Shown here: positions 1 through 13,900 of the stretch, in pieces | Layout of the letters: each line of letters starts with the position of its first letter | Numbering within the stretch: the first letter of the stretch is position 1 | DNA from: Albugo candida | Lineage: Eukaryota | Assembly (NCBI GenBank): GCA_040437565.1 | Contig: JBDOQK010000010.1 | Location: 558,001 to 622,000, forward strand | Direction: 5' to 3' | DNA length: 64,000 nucleotides | Position numbers and translations under genes: made by a program | Notes under the pieces: model-generated | What the model saw: only the letters and a program-made list of their open reading frames with translations | Told to the model about the DNA's origin: nothing | Databases searched by the model: none

Positions 1-278
1 GTAGCACTTGTTGGTCCCATGAATCAAATGTCGTTGGTCGTCCGGAAGGAGTTTTTCTTACGCGCTGTTTAGCGTCAACGCATTGGGAAAGCCGTTCGCC
101 GAGTGTTTGTCGTTTGCTCCGGCTCTATTTGGTTGATTTTTTTTTGTTTTTGTTGGGTTATCATGACTTCATTGAGCCCCCAAGGACTTCTCAATTTACC
201 GGATACTAAGTAACCCGCTAATTTAGTAAAAAAAACCTCGAAAAAACAACTTTTTTCAACTCTTTCCTCTCGAAAACA

Positions 279-1400
279 ATGGTTCAAGTCGACATATCGA
301 GACAACCCAGGGTGCTAGCGTCCACTTGTAGTGACGTGGCAACCCTCATGAGTCATCTTGTTTTGGGTGATTGCATGTTTGTAGATGAGTCATCACCCCT
401 GTGTGATGACGTGGAAAGTACCCCCACCCCCAGTGTGACGGTACAGGGTAATACATGTACTACCGGTGTCGGATGTGGTAGCGGTCGTACATGCGGTACT
501 GTCGTTGCCTCGTCACAGGGTGACCAAAAGGCAACTGCAACTGTGGACGACACTAACAGTCCTACTCTTGCTGACCTTATCAAGTCACAGGAGTCCTTGC
601 GTAAGGACCAGGCNNNNNNNNNNNNNNNNNNNNNNNNNNNNNNNNNNNNNNNNNNNNNNNNNNNNNNNNNNNNNNNNNNNNNNNNNNNNNNNNNNNNNNN
701 NNNNNNNNNNNNNTCACGGGAGAGATCGGACGCACTGGATTCAGAACGAGTTCGAACTTTTATGGCTACATCACGGCATCTTCGAAAACGTGTATTACCA
801 ATTTTCGAGGATTTACAGTTTCGTCTAGCCTTCCGAATGCTGCCAGTTCGATCTCGTTTCTGGTTCCTGAAGGATTTTCTGCCCGACTCATATTGTGCAC
901 GCAGCCTTCGTCTGGGGCAGTGGAATCCGATCAACATCTCTTTTTAGATTGCGATCACACGGCACAGTTATGGAGGGAGTTACTCCCTAGTTGGAATCAG
1001 TTTTTCTCCTCTCGACCACGTTGGACGCATATTGAATGTGCAATCGTATCAACACTACGGTCGGATTGGAAAGACTATTTCGACATTATCTCCGATTTAT
1101 GGCTTGCATTGCAAGCGGTGACAATGCACTTCGTATGGACAGATCGGAATCGTCTTTTGTTCGATCAGCGATCAGCGATCAGCAACTCCGACAGTTCCAG
1201 CACTTTCCGTCATTTACACCACGTTTAGTGCGCACGTTCGGTACTTTCGAAGACAATGTTACGATCAAGACGAACGCAGTCGCCTTGCAAAGGTGCTGGA
1301 TCAACTCGTAAAGCAAGGATCATTTGGTGGATTTTTCAGAAGTCGAAGATCATTACTGCGGGTACGGCACAGGCGAGTGGAAAGGCAAGTGCAACTCGGG
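279..1400 (+). mobile_element. Degenerate non-LTR (LINE/L1-like) retrotransposon: ORF start plus gap-interrupted, frameshifted C-terminal zinc-binding region
   Basis: DLQFRLAFRMLPVRSRFWFL then C...ESDQHLFLDC...LW...HFVWTDRNRLLF, typical of the C-terminal zf-RVT region of L1-like ORF2; broken by frameshifts. Confidence 0.7.
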
Positions 1401-1842
1401 TCCTAGTCCTAGTTGGATGGCATTGTTCAGCATAGTGTGGCGCACACCACTTTGCACAGCACGGTACTTTTGGACCATACTACAATACACGGTAGTTTTG
1501 GACCAGTTTTTCACAACTTTTTACAACTTTCAACATTTATCCGTTACACGATGGATACAATCTCGTACTGTAGTGGTGAACGCTACCGCACTGCAGGACT
1601 AGCAACGAGGAACATATTGTCATCTCTCACAGGTATTTCACGAAACGTTTTTTATATGTATATATGTTATTTAAGATAGCCTAGGCAACTAGAGAAGTCA
1701 GTTTAGTCTAATTCTAGTAATATAGACACCTTCAACTGATATCCCGACAGCTTTTTTTTATTACATTTTTATTTTTCGTATTAAATTACATCATGCCTAC
1801 TTTTATTATTACTCCCACAACTTTTTTGGGACAATAATTAAT

Positions 1843-3363
1843 GGGTATTGATATCCCGACAACTTCTTTTTAAATAACATTTATTTTTAATTTAGATTAC
1901 GTCATGCCTACTTGAATTATTACTCCCAAACTTCTCTGAAAAATAAGTAAGTTCACATTTATAACTAGTAGAAGTCATTTACGTCTAAGGCTAATCTGGT
2001 AGATACAGATACCTTCAACTGAGCTAAACACTCATCACTAACAGACAATTCATTGCCAGTTTGTTGAGCTACAATGCGTCGTAAAGATCGAAAAGTTATT
2101 ATACACTAACAGTCCAAAATAAAATGTGTTAAGAATAAATTCTGTGAAGGAAAACTATCTAATTTTTTCAAAGCTTGTCATGAATTCAACCTTGTAACCG
2201 GAATTCTGCAAGACCGCTTGTTATGGCCGATTTTCCGCAATTGCTGCACCTGCATTTCCCTGTGTCCGATGCTCAACGCTATAAGTCAAATGCAAATTGA
2301 CATATATATTAGCCTATCACAGCTAAAACGCTCTGTGTATTAGCCAATCAAAAATAATTCTCGATTGAAGCTGTAGGAGCACCAATTTAGGATTTGTATG
2401 GATGTAATTAGTTGGAAATGTAAAAACATTTTTGTGTCTTGCAAAAAGAAAAAGCTGTGAGAGTAATAATTTAACTAGGCATGTTGTGATTCAAAAAAAA
2501 AGTTGTCGGGATATCAATACCCTTCAATTCAAAGAAACCTGGTTCACCTATCTGATTGGCTAATCCAGTTCACCAACTATATAGAACTATGAATGCATGT
2601 ACAATGGAGTTATTACATCCTCTCGAATTTGTTCTCGTTGTCGCTTCTTGAAATCGGCGGTGAGAACATTCCAATGAGAGACATGACGAATATCTTGCTC
2701 CCGCTCTCATGTAGCTTCGTGCTCGAATGTTACATGCCACTTCAAAAGCCATTCAGGTTTACGATTAAATTGACGCTTCTGAAGAAGCTGTTCTATGATG
2801 TGCATCGTTTCGCCACTGTCCTCGTCAAAAATAAGTCGGGATGATTTCGGATTCAGATGAGTTTGAAATCGCGGTAGATTGTCCGCCTAGTGACTCAACA
2901 CGTCAATATTGAACGTGGAATTCAATCGACTCATACTCCGCGGAAGCNNNNNNNNNNNNNNNNNNNNNNNNNNNNNNNNNNNNNNNNNNNNNNNNNNNNN
3001 NNNNNNNNNNNNNNNNNNNNNNNNNNNNNNNNNNNNNNNNNNNNNNNAATTGACTCGATCATAAGCTTTCTCAAAGTCGAGAAAAGTCGCATAGCTTCCT
3101 CCCCACGATGAGTGACCAAGTCTTGAATGTCGGTCAGATGTCGAATATGGTGATGCATCGACCTTCCTCGCACGAATGCTTTTTGATCTTGATGGATCAA
3201 TTTTGGCAAAAAAAGTTGCAATCGATACGCCAACACTTTTAAGAGTACTTTCACATCGACGCAAAGCAGTGCGATCGGTCGATAGTTGCCAGGATCGCCT
3301 CGTGGTCCTTTCTTGTTTAAAAGTGTCGGGATATCAAAAAAGGTTATCGGGATATCAATACCC
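1843..3363. mobile_element. Non-autonomous TIR DNA element with GG termini (Merlin-like), carrying a LINE RT fragment
   Basis: Left end gggtattgatatcccgacaac at 1843; inverted copies tcgggatatcaataccc ending at 2523 and 3363; flanks taattaat (1835-1842) and taattaaa (3364-3371) resemble an 8-bp TSD with one mismatch. Confidence 0.55.
3048..3300 (-). mobile_element. LINE reverse transcriptase fragment (frameshifted)
   Basis: KVLAYRLQLFLPKLIHQDQKAFVRGRS and ATFLDFEKAYDRVN, non-LTR RT motifs in two frames. Confidence 0.85.
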
Positions 3364-3429
3364 TAATTAAACATCTCACTTTCCATTTTTTCTCAATTAA
3401 AGCTCCGCCAGCAAATATCTTCCTTTGCT

Positions 3430-6400
3430 TCCTCCTGAGGCGTTACAATGGCCCACATGGCGTATCAACACCCCTCTTGCTCTCTTATCGCCGTTTGCAT
3501 TTCCNNNNNNNNNNNNNNNNNNNNNNNNNNNNNNNNNNNNNNNNNNNNNNNNNNNNNNNNNNNNNNNNNNNNNNNNNNNNNNNNNNNNNNNNNNNNNNNN
3601 NNNNTCGGGATATCAAAAAAGGTTATCGGGATATCAATACCCTAATTAAACATCTCACTTTCCATTTTTTCTCAATTAAAGCTCCGCCAGCAAATATCTT
3701 CCTTTGCTTCCTCCTGAGGCGTTACAATGGCCCACATGGCGTATCAACACCCCTCTTGCTCTCTTATCGCCGTTTGCATTTCCACTGCACATGAATGTGT
3801 ATCCTTTGCACGGCTATATAAAGCGGCTTTCTTCAATGATAATGTTTCAGCTTGGAATAGACATCTTTCAGCTGCATTAATGTATCTCGTTTCATCTTTG
3901 AGCTGAGCACACAAGAAATCATGAAAAGAAAACTGTAATCATAAGCGCTGTGTGGACCGCTTGGACATGTCAAAAATCGATGTTAAGCACCCCTTCCTGG
4001 ATAATTACGGCATTAAGGAGTCATAACAGACGCGCCTAAGATTTTTTAAACTTTGTTTTGCCCTTAGCATCTGCCTAGATCTACAATATTCACTTCTCCT
4101 AACAGGCCGACAATTCATTTGATGAGAATGCAATAATTAGCGTGTTAACATTGCCTGGTAAAAAGTGCACAGTGCGCTCTCTCAGTCAGCAATTTTTTTT
4201 TACCGCAAGGTGGCAGGAGGCACAGATATAGTGATTGAGGCGAAGAAACTGTAGCATCAATTCAATTTAAATGCTTCCTGTCCCTACTTTGCACGTATCC
4301 AGTACATGACATCATTTCCTCAATTCTTTTCCTGATTTGTAATTATTCGGTAAAAAAAGATTATTTGGTGAATGATGCTTGCTAACATCCTTATTGATGA
4401 GATATAGAACAACGCTGTGCAAAAACAGACAAAAAACTAGTCTAGAGAGGCATCGCTGTGCTTGGTATCCCTCAATTAGAAGCACGCTCTATTAAATGCA
4501 GTGGCTCTTCAAAAACAACATCAAGACCAAAGCGATCACTTTATTCGGAAGGAGTTGGGCACACTTGCTCCGTGTCTTTTAACTTCTTTATTAATCAAAT
4601 GCTTACAGGTAGCTACATGACTCATGATCTTACTACCGAAGTCGTTGGGATTTGTTATGACATAAGGAATAGTCTTAAACACATCCGCAGCAGCAGACCG
4701 CGTTGAACATCGACTGACATCAAAGTTCGTGTACACGGACACNNNNNNNNNNNNNNNNNNNNNNNNNNNNNNNNNNNNNNNNNNNNNNNNNNNNNNNNNN
4801 NNNNNNNNNNNNNNNNNNNNNNNNNNNNNNNNNNNNNNNNNNGGTGAATGATGCTTGCTAACATCCTTATTGATGAGATATAGAACAACGCTGTGCAAAA
4901 ACAGACAATGAACTAGTCTAGAGAGAGGCATCGCTGTGCTTGGTATCCCTCAATTAGAAGCACGCTTTATTAAATGCAGTGGCCCTTCAAAAACAACATC
5001 AAGACCATCGGAAGGAGTTGGGCACACTTGATCCATGTCTTTTAACTTCTTTATTAATTAAATGCTTACAGGTAGCTACATGACTCATGATCTTACTACC
5101 GAAGTCGTTGGGATTTGTTATGACATAAGGAATAGTCACAAACACATCCGCAGCAGCAGACCGCGTTGAACATCGACTGACATCAAAGTTCGTGTACACG
5201 GACACTGAAGAAGATTCATTTGTTATTAACTTGGTGCGGGCCGTCTTTTCTACCTATTGGCAAATATAAGCGGTCCGAGGGCCGTCTCTACGTCGAGCTC
5301 GTCTATCATCAAATCGAAGATATTCCTTGTAGACATGTAGTGATCGTCAGTATTTCTCTCGCAGTTGTGTTTTTTTCTTCTTATGACGATAGATAAAAGC
5401 GGGCACACAGCAGGGTGTCCATGTTATCAACCCACCGCAAATCATAGAGCGCTAGCTCAATATTATAATCAAGTCTATGTGCCACCCGATTGGAATGAAC
5501 GCAAGAGCTCCTACTGGATAGAGTATAGGAGTCTACAGTTGATTGGTATGAATGCAACTTTAACTATAGCGCGATATATATTGATTTGAATACAGTCCGT
5601 ATTGCTGCTTTGTACACTTCATGGACTCGGAATAAGGAACAGTATCGGTGGTCAATTTGACTGTAATAAGAAGTATGAAACATAAAAAGGATGTCAAAGC
5701 TATAATGGGATCAATCTGATGAGCTTTACGGTGACCCTATCACGAAATATAGTGATGGGGACGAAATGCGAAGCTTGTTCGAGTTGGAAGTCGTTGTGCC
5801 CAATCATCAGTGGATAGCAACTCTATCGACTAGTCATTCTAGAGGATCTTTAACTGCACCTGAATCTGCTGTGGTGAGCAAGGAATGTGGACAAGGAGCT
5901 TCATCTGGATCGATCACTGTGATATCGAAGCGGTTGCGGGGCGATCCGATTTTGCCAGTGAGGTTGCTGAAATATTGGGGCTTGCGATGTGAAGGTTTTG
6001 GCTTCTAGGCTTGAATGTCTCGCTATTGAGACCCTATGTCGCTCAAATTGGTAGCATCCGAAGCGTTCAAGCTATATCTGAACTGGTATTGTGGCGTGGA
6101 ACAATTTTATGTGGACGTTCCTACATTCCCTAGCAGGTCCCGACGTACAAACTTCGCGTCATGTCTGATCTACTGCATCGGTAGGCAAATCGAATTCTTC
6201 TTCAGCATTGTATTTATTGAATTTTGGAGGCCTTTTGAATTAAATTTAGTTCATCTACAGCTTCGATATGTCTAAGGTGAACTTCATCGAGATAAAAAAG
6301 TCAGCCACATCGACACAATTATAATGAGTACTGGATTCTTGCATGCAGGAGAGCCTTGCTAACATACATATGTGAGAAAGGATCCCCCGAGTAGGTTATG

Positions 6401-6740
6401 CACTAGTTAGTTAAGGGTACAGTGGAGATCACTAGACAACATTGTGTCGCATAGAAACTCAAGCCAGAGTAGCGTTGTTGTGCCACTAATGAGGGCAATT
6501 GTGAGCTGACATCATCTTGGTTCGGGATTATGAAGCTTAGATGGTGATTGAATTATATCGGTAAATGATGTTCACTGCTTTGATGAAAATTGATGTCGAC
6601 TTTGGACATAATCGCATGAAACCGACTGTTTATAGCGATATTTCACACGGGATCGGCCACGACTTCGAGTGCGTTGGTATTCAATATATGACTTGCTGAT
6701 TCATATCCACATTCTATTGAGTATGTCAGTCTCACAATGA
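3430..6740. repeat. Dispersed ~3.3 kb duplicated block, copy 1 (decayed ORFs)
   Basis: Colinear similarity to 29180-29504 + 32160-32758 + 36366-37940, e.g. ccgtattgctgct.tgtacacttcatggact at ~5597 and ~36723. Confidence 0.8.
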
Positions 6741-9108
6741 TACAAACGTATCACCTACACACCCTTCACGTCTAATCATTTTGAATAATACGCGCTCTTC
6801 CCGTATTACCGCGACTACTGGAACGGGTATTAGCCAGAGCTTCTTCTTTAGGTACTGTACCAGATTCTGACAATATTGATATTAATTTTTATGCAGCTAC
6901 AGCGGGTCTATCGAGAAATTCCAAGATCTTACTGGATTCATCAAGATGGCCTTAGCGCGCACGCGAAGTGTTGGACAAGTATTGCATAAGTTTATAATTT
7001 CTCCCACAAAGTAGAATGAGAATGGATTTCTTGGTTGCATGTGCGATATAGCAACTTTATCATGCTGTGTACTAATCCGCTTGTGCAGCCTGCAAAACAA
7101 CATCTTGTAATCGAGTTGGTCCATCCTCTTAGATTTTGATTGTAGAAATCACATGTTAGCTTCTTCGTTCTGATACGATTATCAAACAGGGGAACGAAGA
7201 CGGCCGGAAGCAAATCGAGTGTACAAAAATTGTACCTCCAGATGCTGATGAAAGGTACGAAGAACAAAGATTGTCGTTACAACAGACGGATAGAATCTGA
7301 CGAAGAAAGAATCCAATTTTCCCGCAAATGGCTCTGTCGAGATCATACGACCATTATACAATTCTCAATAAGCATAAATATATACAACTGCGAAATGAAG
7401 AAAACGGCCTATGCATCGGCACAAGGATGAAGAAGCGATTATTTCCATGCCTTGGGACGATAACTTGAATATGATTGCAAGAGGTAGAAATGGGCAAGAT
7501 TATACGAACTTGCAATACTAGCTATGAGAAAGGAACTGAAGTTATATATACTTAACTTCGACCTGGCATGATCTTTCGCTCAGTAATACTGAAAAATTGG
7601 AGACAGGCTTAAAGGGCTGTGATCATATGAAATTAACCATACTTACCTGTACACCCAAACCGTCAAGAAGATATGCGCCTGCAAATAGCCGCATTAGATT
7701 TACTTGACATGAACCTCATCGGGTACCCTCTCCTCGGCGATGCCGTGTATGAAATTGCAAACGTGTAAGTATCATCACCCTACAAGACGTTTCATGCTTA
7801 GAAACTTTGGTTGAAGAGTGCTGTATGGAAGCGGATATCTCAAATACCGATCCATTCTAACCCAGAAATTGTATTACGACCATTTCTTGGTCTAAATGTT
7901 CAGATGAAATTTGAATGTTATGGTGCAGTGTTGTACATGGAATGCTGGACATCAAATAATTCAGAATTATAGTGTTGAATTTTGACATTTTGCATTGATC
8001 AAGCAGTCAGTATAAATAATACTAGTACAATCTGGCGGCATTTATAAGTGATGAGGAACGAAGCACATCACCTTGCATAGCGAGAGATTGAGGTCATTTC
8101 AATGTTCTACACTAAATGATGGTAATACAGAGTAAAATCGTTCTAACAGAAAAAGTTCATGATCGTAGACAGACACAATATAGACTCAACCCCACTCCTC
8201 ATCTACAAAATGCTCATAGTAATTTGTTAGGATTACTAACCCTCATCGCTGCCCATGCACTTTCTTTTGGCGATATGATCTCATCCGAAAAGGCACCATA
8301 TCAATCCGCTACAACAATGGGCCGACATTTCATATGGCAACATCGTGAATATTAGGGCACCCCTACGACCCATCGTATCACAGGCCTGGATAACTTCTTT
8401 GATAATATTGTCTCGCGTAGGATTGCAATAATGCAGGAAGAATACTTATATGTCAGTGCAATGATAGATTTTATGCGGAAAACACTTCACTCACTGTAAA
8501 TATCCCGTAAAACAAGTTTCGCTGTCATGATCACAAGATATTGGGTTAGCCCTGTCGCGGGGTCGTATTCCTGCATCACAAGCATTTATTGCAAAGTAAG
8601 NNNNNNNNNNNNNNNNNNNNNNNNNNNNNNNNNNNNNNNNNNNNNNNNNNNNNNNNNNNNNNNNNNNNNNNNNNNNNNNNNNNNNNNNNNNNNNNNNNNN
8701 CGACCCATCGTATCACAGGCCTGGATAACTTCTTTGATAATATTGTCTCGCGTAGGATTGCAATAATGCAGGAAGAATACTTATATGTCAGTGCAATGAT
8801 AGATTTTATGCGGAAAACACTTCACTCACTGTAAATATCCCGTAAAACAAGTTTCGCTGTCATGATCACAAGATATTGGGTTAGCCCTGTCGCGGGGTCG
8901 TATTCCTGCATCACAAGCATTTATTGCAAAGTAAGGAAGCCATAGCAGGAGCACACACAAAGCTCGAATCAGTAGTTAAACCTCGTCGCATCAGCCTTCC
9001 ATGTATGCGTGCTGAGCCACTTCAATTCTACACGGGTAGTGAAATACATCCTCTGATATGGTCTTACAATGCTTGAGCAGAATTTAACCCGACTATACAC
9101 TTAAACTA

Positions 9109-9730
9109 CGGTGCAACTCTCCTAGAGCCAACAGTTTTTTGACCAAGTTCAAAGTCTATCAGACACCTCGATTGGAAAGCTTTGTCAATTTCTCTTGCAC
9201 CAAACGATAGGTTTAAAGTGCGGAACATTCTGTTGCAAGAAGATTATGCATACGTTTTTTTTTCATGGTTCTGATACGCCTCAAAGTTTGACATTTTTGC
9301 ATGTTTTCCTAAGATCGTCAGGATGGGAAACACCCCGTGTGAAACTTCGTACGCTATGCAATTTTTCTTTCGTGGATGGAATGAAAGAAAATAAGTCAGA
9401 CAAGGTAATCAAACAAAAGAGGAATGTCTATGTACAGTTTTTGGCCTAGGATGAGAGAAATAGGGCATGGGAGGTATACAAAAAAACGACGAATGGCGTT
9501 GTATATATGGCAGAGTCATAAGGAAATCAAAAAAAGCTCCAACACCTGGTAACACATCGAAATGCCTACAGAAAGCAATCCTTGACACGTAGACGTCGGT
9601 GCGATTTGATTTATCTTCCGTCTGTCCCGCTCAACCTTCTCCGCCCTAACGCCATCCTTGCCTTTGCTATACATTTCGATGCATCACCCGGATGTTCGAG
9701 CGTGCTTCCGAATCTCCTTCATGCTCACTC
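9109..9730 (-). mobile_element. 3' end fragment of IS630/Tc1/mariner-type transposon (relative of 10922-13984)
   Basis: TA then cggtgcaactctcctag; colinear with 10922-11540; encodes transposase C-terminus (SMKEIRKHARTSG..SHRRLRV); ends at a gap. Confidence 0.8.
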
Positions 9731-9830
9731 NNNNNNNNNNNNNNNNNNNNNNNNNNNNNNNNNNNNNNNNNNNNNNNNNNNNNNNNNNNNNNNNNNNNNN
9801 NNNNNNNNNNNNNNNNNNNNNNNNNNNNNN

Positions 9831-10830
9831 CCTGACTTTTCTGTTCAAATCCATCGCATTCTCATTACAGATATGATGCTCTTCATTAAGCCCATACGTC
9901 TTTTGATGCACTTCCAACAATTCGCGATGCCTTGGAAATATTGAGTCCATGATTTCGCAGTCACTCGGATCCCAACTGCATAGGTTAAAACATGACTTCC
10001 TTCGGCAGTTAATTACTATATCGGATGATTCGTAATTGCTGGGAAAGACGACCAACTCGGCTGAGTTTCTCCTTGCTTTATGGAATAGTATGTAGCTTCG
10101 AATAGCGAGCCATTTACTGTGCATATCTAAGCATTCTCGGCATACAGCATCACTTCCTGGGCCAGGGATGATCATGCATCGAATTGATGAGTCGCCTTCC
10201 CGTTTCTGATTGTGCGTGTCCGCATCTGTTTCTGGTACTGGTTCCAAAATCACGACTGGAGTTTTGATAGGAGCTGCTTTTTTTAGTTCTATATAAAAAG
10301 AGACTGGAATGCTATCTCGTTTTATAAGCATCACTGTCGTGAGTTTATGTTTTCTATCTGCGTCAATCTCCAATGGTCTCAGGAATGCACTATAAGTAGC
10401 GTTGGCTTTATCAACGAGAAAAGAGCCGTCTCAGTATTTTCGTAACGCGTCGGATGTTTACTAAGCTGAGTAATTGCCGTTTTGGGCTCAATCATATCGT
10501 CATTCGTAGCCTGAACAATATTCAAAGTGCAACGGATTTCAGCGTGACAATGGGACAAAAACGAACTCGAAATGTCTACATGAGCCTCATCCCAACGAGT
10601 TAACCAGGCATTCGTGACACGCTGCATGATCTACATTTTTAAAAAAATGGAAGTGGGAATAGACGGATTTCGCTGGTACGTAGGTAGGTAATGTGATTAT
10701 ATGCATGGTTATCAAACCAGTGAGTAATAATGCGCGCAAACTGAAAATTCGCATCCTTAAATTCTGAGGATGTGTTTGCGGGCAATACTAGAGTGAAGTA
10801 GACAGACCAGAATTTTCCATTGACCAATCA
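9831..10830 (-). pseudogene. Frameshifted CHxC/CCG-class secreted effector gene
   Basis: Minus strand reads KNVDHAACHECLVNSLG at ~10590-10640 (CHxCLx4G); hydrophobic leader KFWSVYFTLVLPANTS; second module DAVCRECL...KSCFNLC; frameshifts split it into three ORFs. Confidence 0.7.
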
Positions 10831-10921
10831 TAAACTCCAGCATTTGCTTTTGGTACGGAAATGCTACCGTAAGATATCATCAGCCCTACACTCCCACTAT
10901 TGAGATTGAGGTGAATTCGTA

Positions 10922-13900
10922 TGATGCAACTCTCCTAGTACCAGCATTTTCTTGACCAAGTTCAAAGTCTATCAGACACCTGGATTAGAAAGCTTTGTCA
11001 GTTTTTCTTGCACCAAACGATAACTTTTGAATTGTGGAACATTTTGTGGCAAGTAGATTGTGCATATCTTTTTTTTCATTGTGTTGATGCGCCTCAAAGT
11101 TTGCCATTTTTGCATGTTTTCCTAAGATCGGCAGGATTTGAAACACCCTGTGTGAAATGTCGTACGCTGTGCAATTTTCAATTCGTGGATAGAATGAAAG
11201 GAAATAAGGCAGACATGGTATTTAAGCAAAAGAGGAATGTCGATGTACAGTTCTTGGCCTGGGATGAGAGGAGATAGGGCATGGGAGGTATAAAAAAAAG
11301 GACGAATGGCGTTGTATATATGGCAGAGTAATGTTGAAATCCAAAACAAAAGCTCAAACACCTCTTAACACATCGATATGCCTGCAGAAATCAATACTTG
11401 ACGCGTAGACGTCGGTGCGATTTCATCTTCAGTCTGTCCCGCTCAACCTTCTCCGCCTCAACGCCATCCTTGCCTTTGCTATGCATTTCGATGTATCTCC
11501 AGGATGTTCGAGTGTGCTTACGAAATTCCTTCATGCTCAATCCATCGAGGATACCAGGGAGCCTCTCCCAAAGCGAGGAGAAATTATAATTACATTGGTT
11601 CCGAGCTGCTCTCTTGGCGGCTCCCCAGTACCTCTCGATCAAGTTACACTCACAGTGGAATTTGGGTTAATATTCAGTAATGTGTCCTGCCTGCTTCACC
11701 TCCATCTCCAGGGCTGAATTCTGTTCAGCAAAATCGGCTGAGCCATCAAGGCATGCCTCCAGCAGCAGTCATTTGTTGGAGGCAATGCCTTGGAATGGCA
11801 ATCCAGATTCCAATTTACGTTGGGAGAAGGCCCGATTCCTCTTTCCTTCAGCACCTGTGAGACAGTAACGTCAGTGGGGAGATCGCATCAGTGAGATCTT
11901 GAAAGCACAGAGAAGAAAGCTTACCATCTCGATGCCCTTCAAGTAAATCTCTCCATGTGGGTAAACCACATGGATTGCTAGATTTTTTGGTAATCGATGA
12001 TGTACCATCCATCTTTATATTGGTATGTTTTCTCCTTCTTGGGCTTGAAAGTCATCCTGCCAGCCACCAGAGCGTTGACAGCAAACACCTGATGATTGGA
12101 CGATTGGTCGAAAGAAAAAAGTCATGTGAAAGAAAAAATCTGAAAAAATCTCCAATATATCCTGGGTGAATAATGTTGACAATGGGGATGGCCTTCTCAT
12201 TGAGTTGTCTTACTATGTCCTCACTTTTCCACCAAACATCTCTGTTCTTGCCTGCCTTAATGATCTCTCTGGATGATGGTGAAGTGAGCCCATTCTCCCT
12301 AGCTTGCTGATCAGTGACTTTCATGGGCCAATGGCACGGGCACAGAAAGTCACTGATCATGATTGACCCCAATTGTCCTTTCTTCCTAATCCAACTATCG
12401 CCTTCTTCTAACCACAACTCTTCTATTCCGTCGTTGTGGTAGAAGGTAGACTCATCATGCGTCACATGCACATACTTGCTGTCCCACAATTCCACCTTGC
12501 CCTCCACCAACACATCCTTCTCCTCTCAAGGCCACTCATCCCTCTTCTTTTGTACTTAATCATACTCTTTGACCAACCCTCTCTATAATTCACCACATCC
12601 ACCTTTTCATGACCGTATATATACAGCTTCCTTCCCATTTTTTTGAATCCCCATATCTTCAGGTACTTGACCACTGTCAAGTAGCTGATCTTCTGCTCCT
12701 TCTCTCCCAGAACCTTAGGGGAATGCTGTTTTGAATAACCATATGGAGCTCTTTGGGCGATCTTTCATTGAACTTCCTCCCCCTCATCCATGACAGGCAC
12801 TCCCTATTGATATCAAGGTCTTCCAGGATCTCTCTCCTTTTTGAGTTTCGGCCTTGCTGATGTGTTGAAAGGGCTTTGCTGACCAAGTACCGATCTGCCC
12901 AAAGCCCAACGTTCCTGTAGGCCACGTCTGACGTCTTGTGCAGTTTATCGTTGGCTGCAGTAAATGACGCTTCCTTCTTTCTCATGCCTTGGCAAAGCCG
13001 TCCTTCCAGATACTGGAGGATGGCCATAACTCTTGAAACAAGATAAGGTGGGAATTTTCCCCAGCTGCTTTTCTGGTTCTGTATGCCTTTCAGCCCTTGC
13101 TTCAAACCCTTAATGGCCTCTTCCACCCTGTCTTCTTCTTCTCCCTCTTCTCCCTGCTGCTCACTACTCTCATCTTCTGATGCAATGAACAGCTCCTTTC
13201 TTTTAGTTGCTGATGGCTGCTGACCTGCTGGTTTGAAGTAGATGTCCAGCCTCCGCAGGTTATTCTCCTTGACATACTTCTTCCTTTTCCACTTGGTAGT
13301 TATTGAGCTCTCTGCCAGGGTGTGTAAACAGTTAGAGGGTAAAGAACATTTTTGGTAAAAGAAGCCAGCTCACTTTTATAGGTAGAAGATCTCTTCTTCT
13401 TCCCCATCTTTTACTTCTCCAGCTGAGCCTGGACAGCACCAGTTCTCTTTTGTAGCTGAGCTGTGTCTGTTTCCAGCCAGTCTTCTTTCTCTTCACCTTC
13501 ATCTTCACCTTCACCTTCCTCTTCTTCCCTTCCTTCCTTTTCCTCTTCCTCTTCGCCACTCCAGTCTGACAGGAGGCTCTGATAGTCGTGATCCTCTGCT
13601 GCCTCCACCTCTTCCAGCTGTTGTTTCTGTGCCTGAAGCTGCTTTTTCTTGTTGTTGTCTTGGTGCAAGTTTGGCTAATAGGTCAGCCTTCTTTTTTTTG
13701 GGAGGAGCCATTATAAAAAAATATTTAATTTTTTTTTCAAATTTCTTTTTAATGGTTTAATTCGATAATACGCGCAACCTTACCAGCTTTACTCAAATCT
13801 ACATTCTATTTTTAAAAAATAACTAAATAATACTTGAAATAATCTAGATTACAAAAAATTTAAATTTTAAATGAACATATTCGAAAAATAGCTTTGATTA

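Noticed and set aside
9684-10373. 229-aa ORF seeming to join the CCG relic to a transposase C-terminus
   Set aside because: The join runs across an N gap
13411-13668. Acidic low-complexity ORF as a stand-alone gene
   Set aside because: Lies inside the TIRs and is the frameshifted first exon of the transposase
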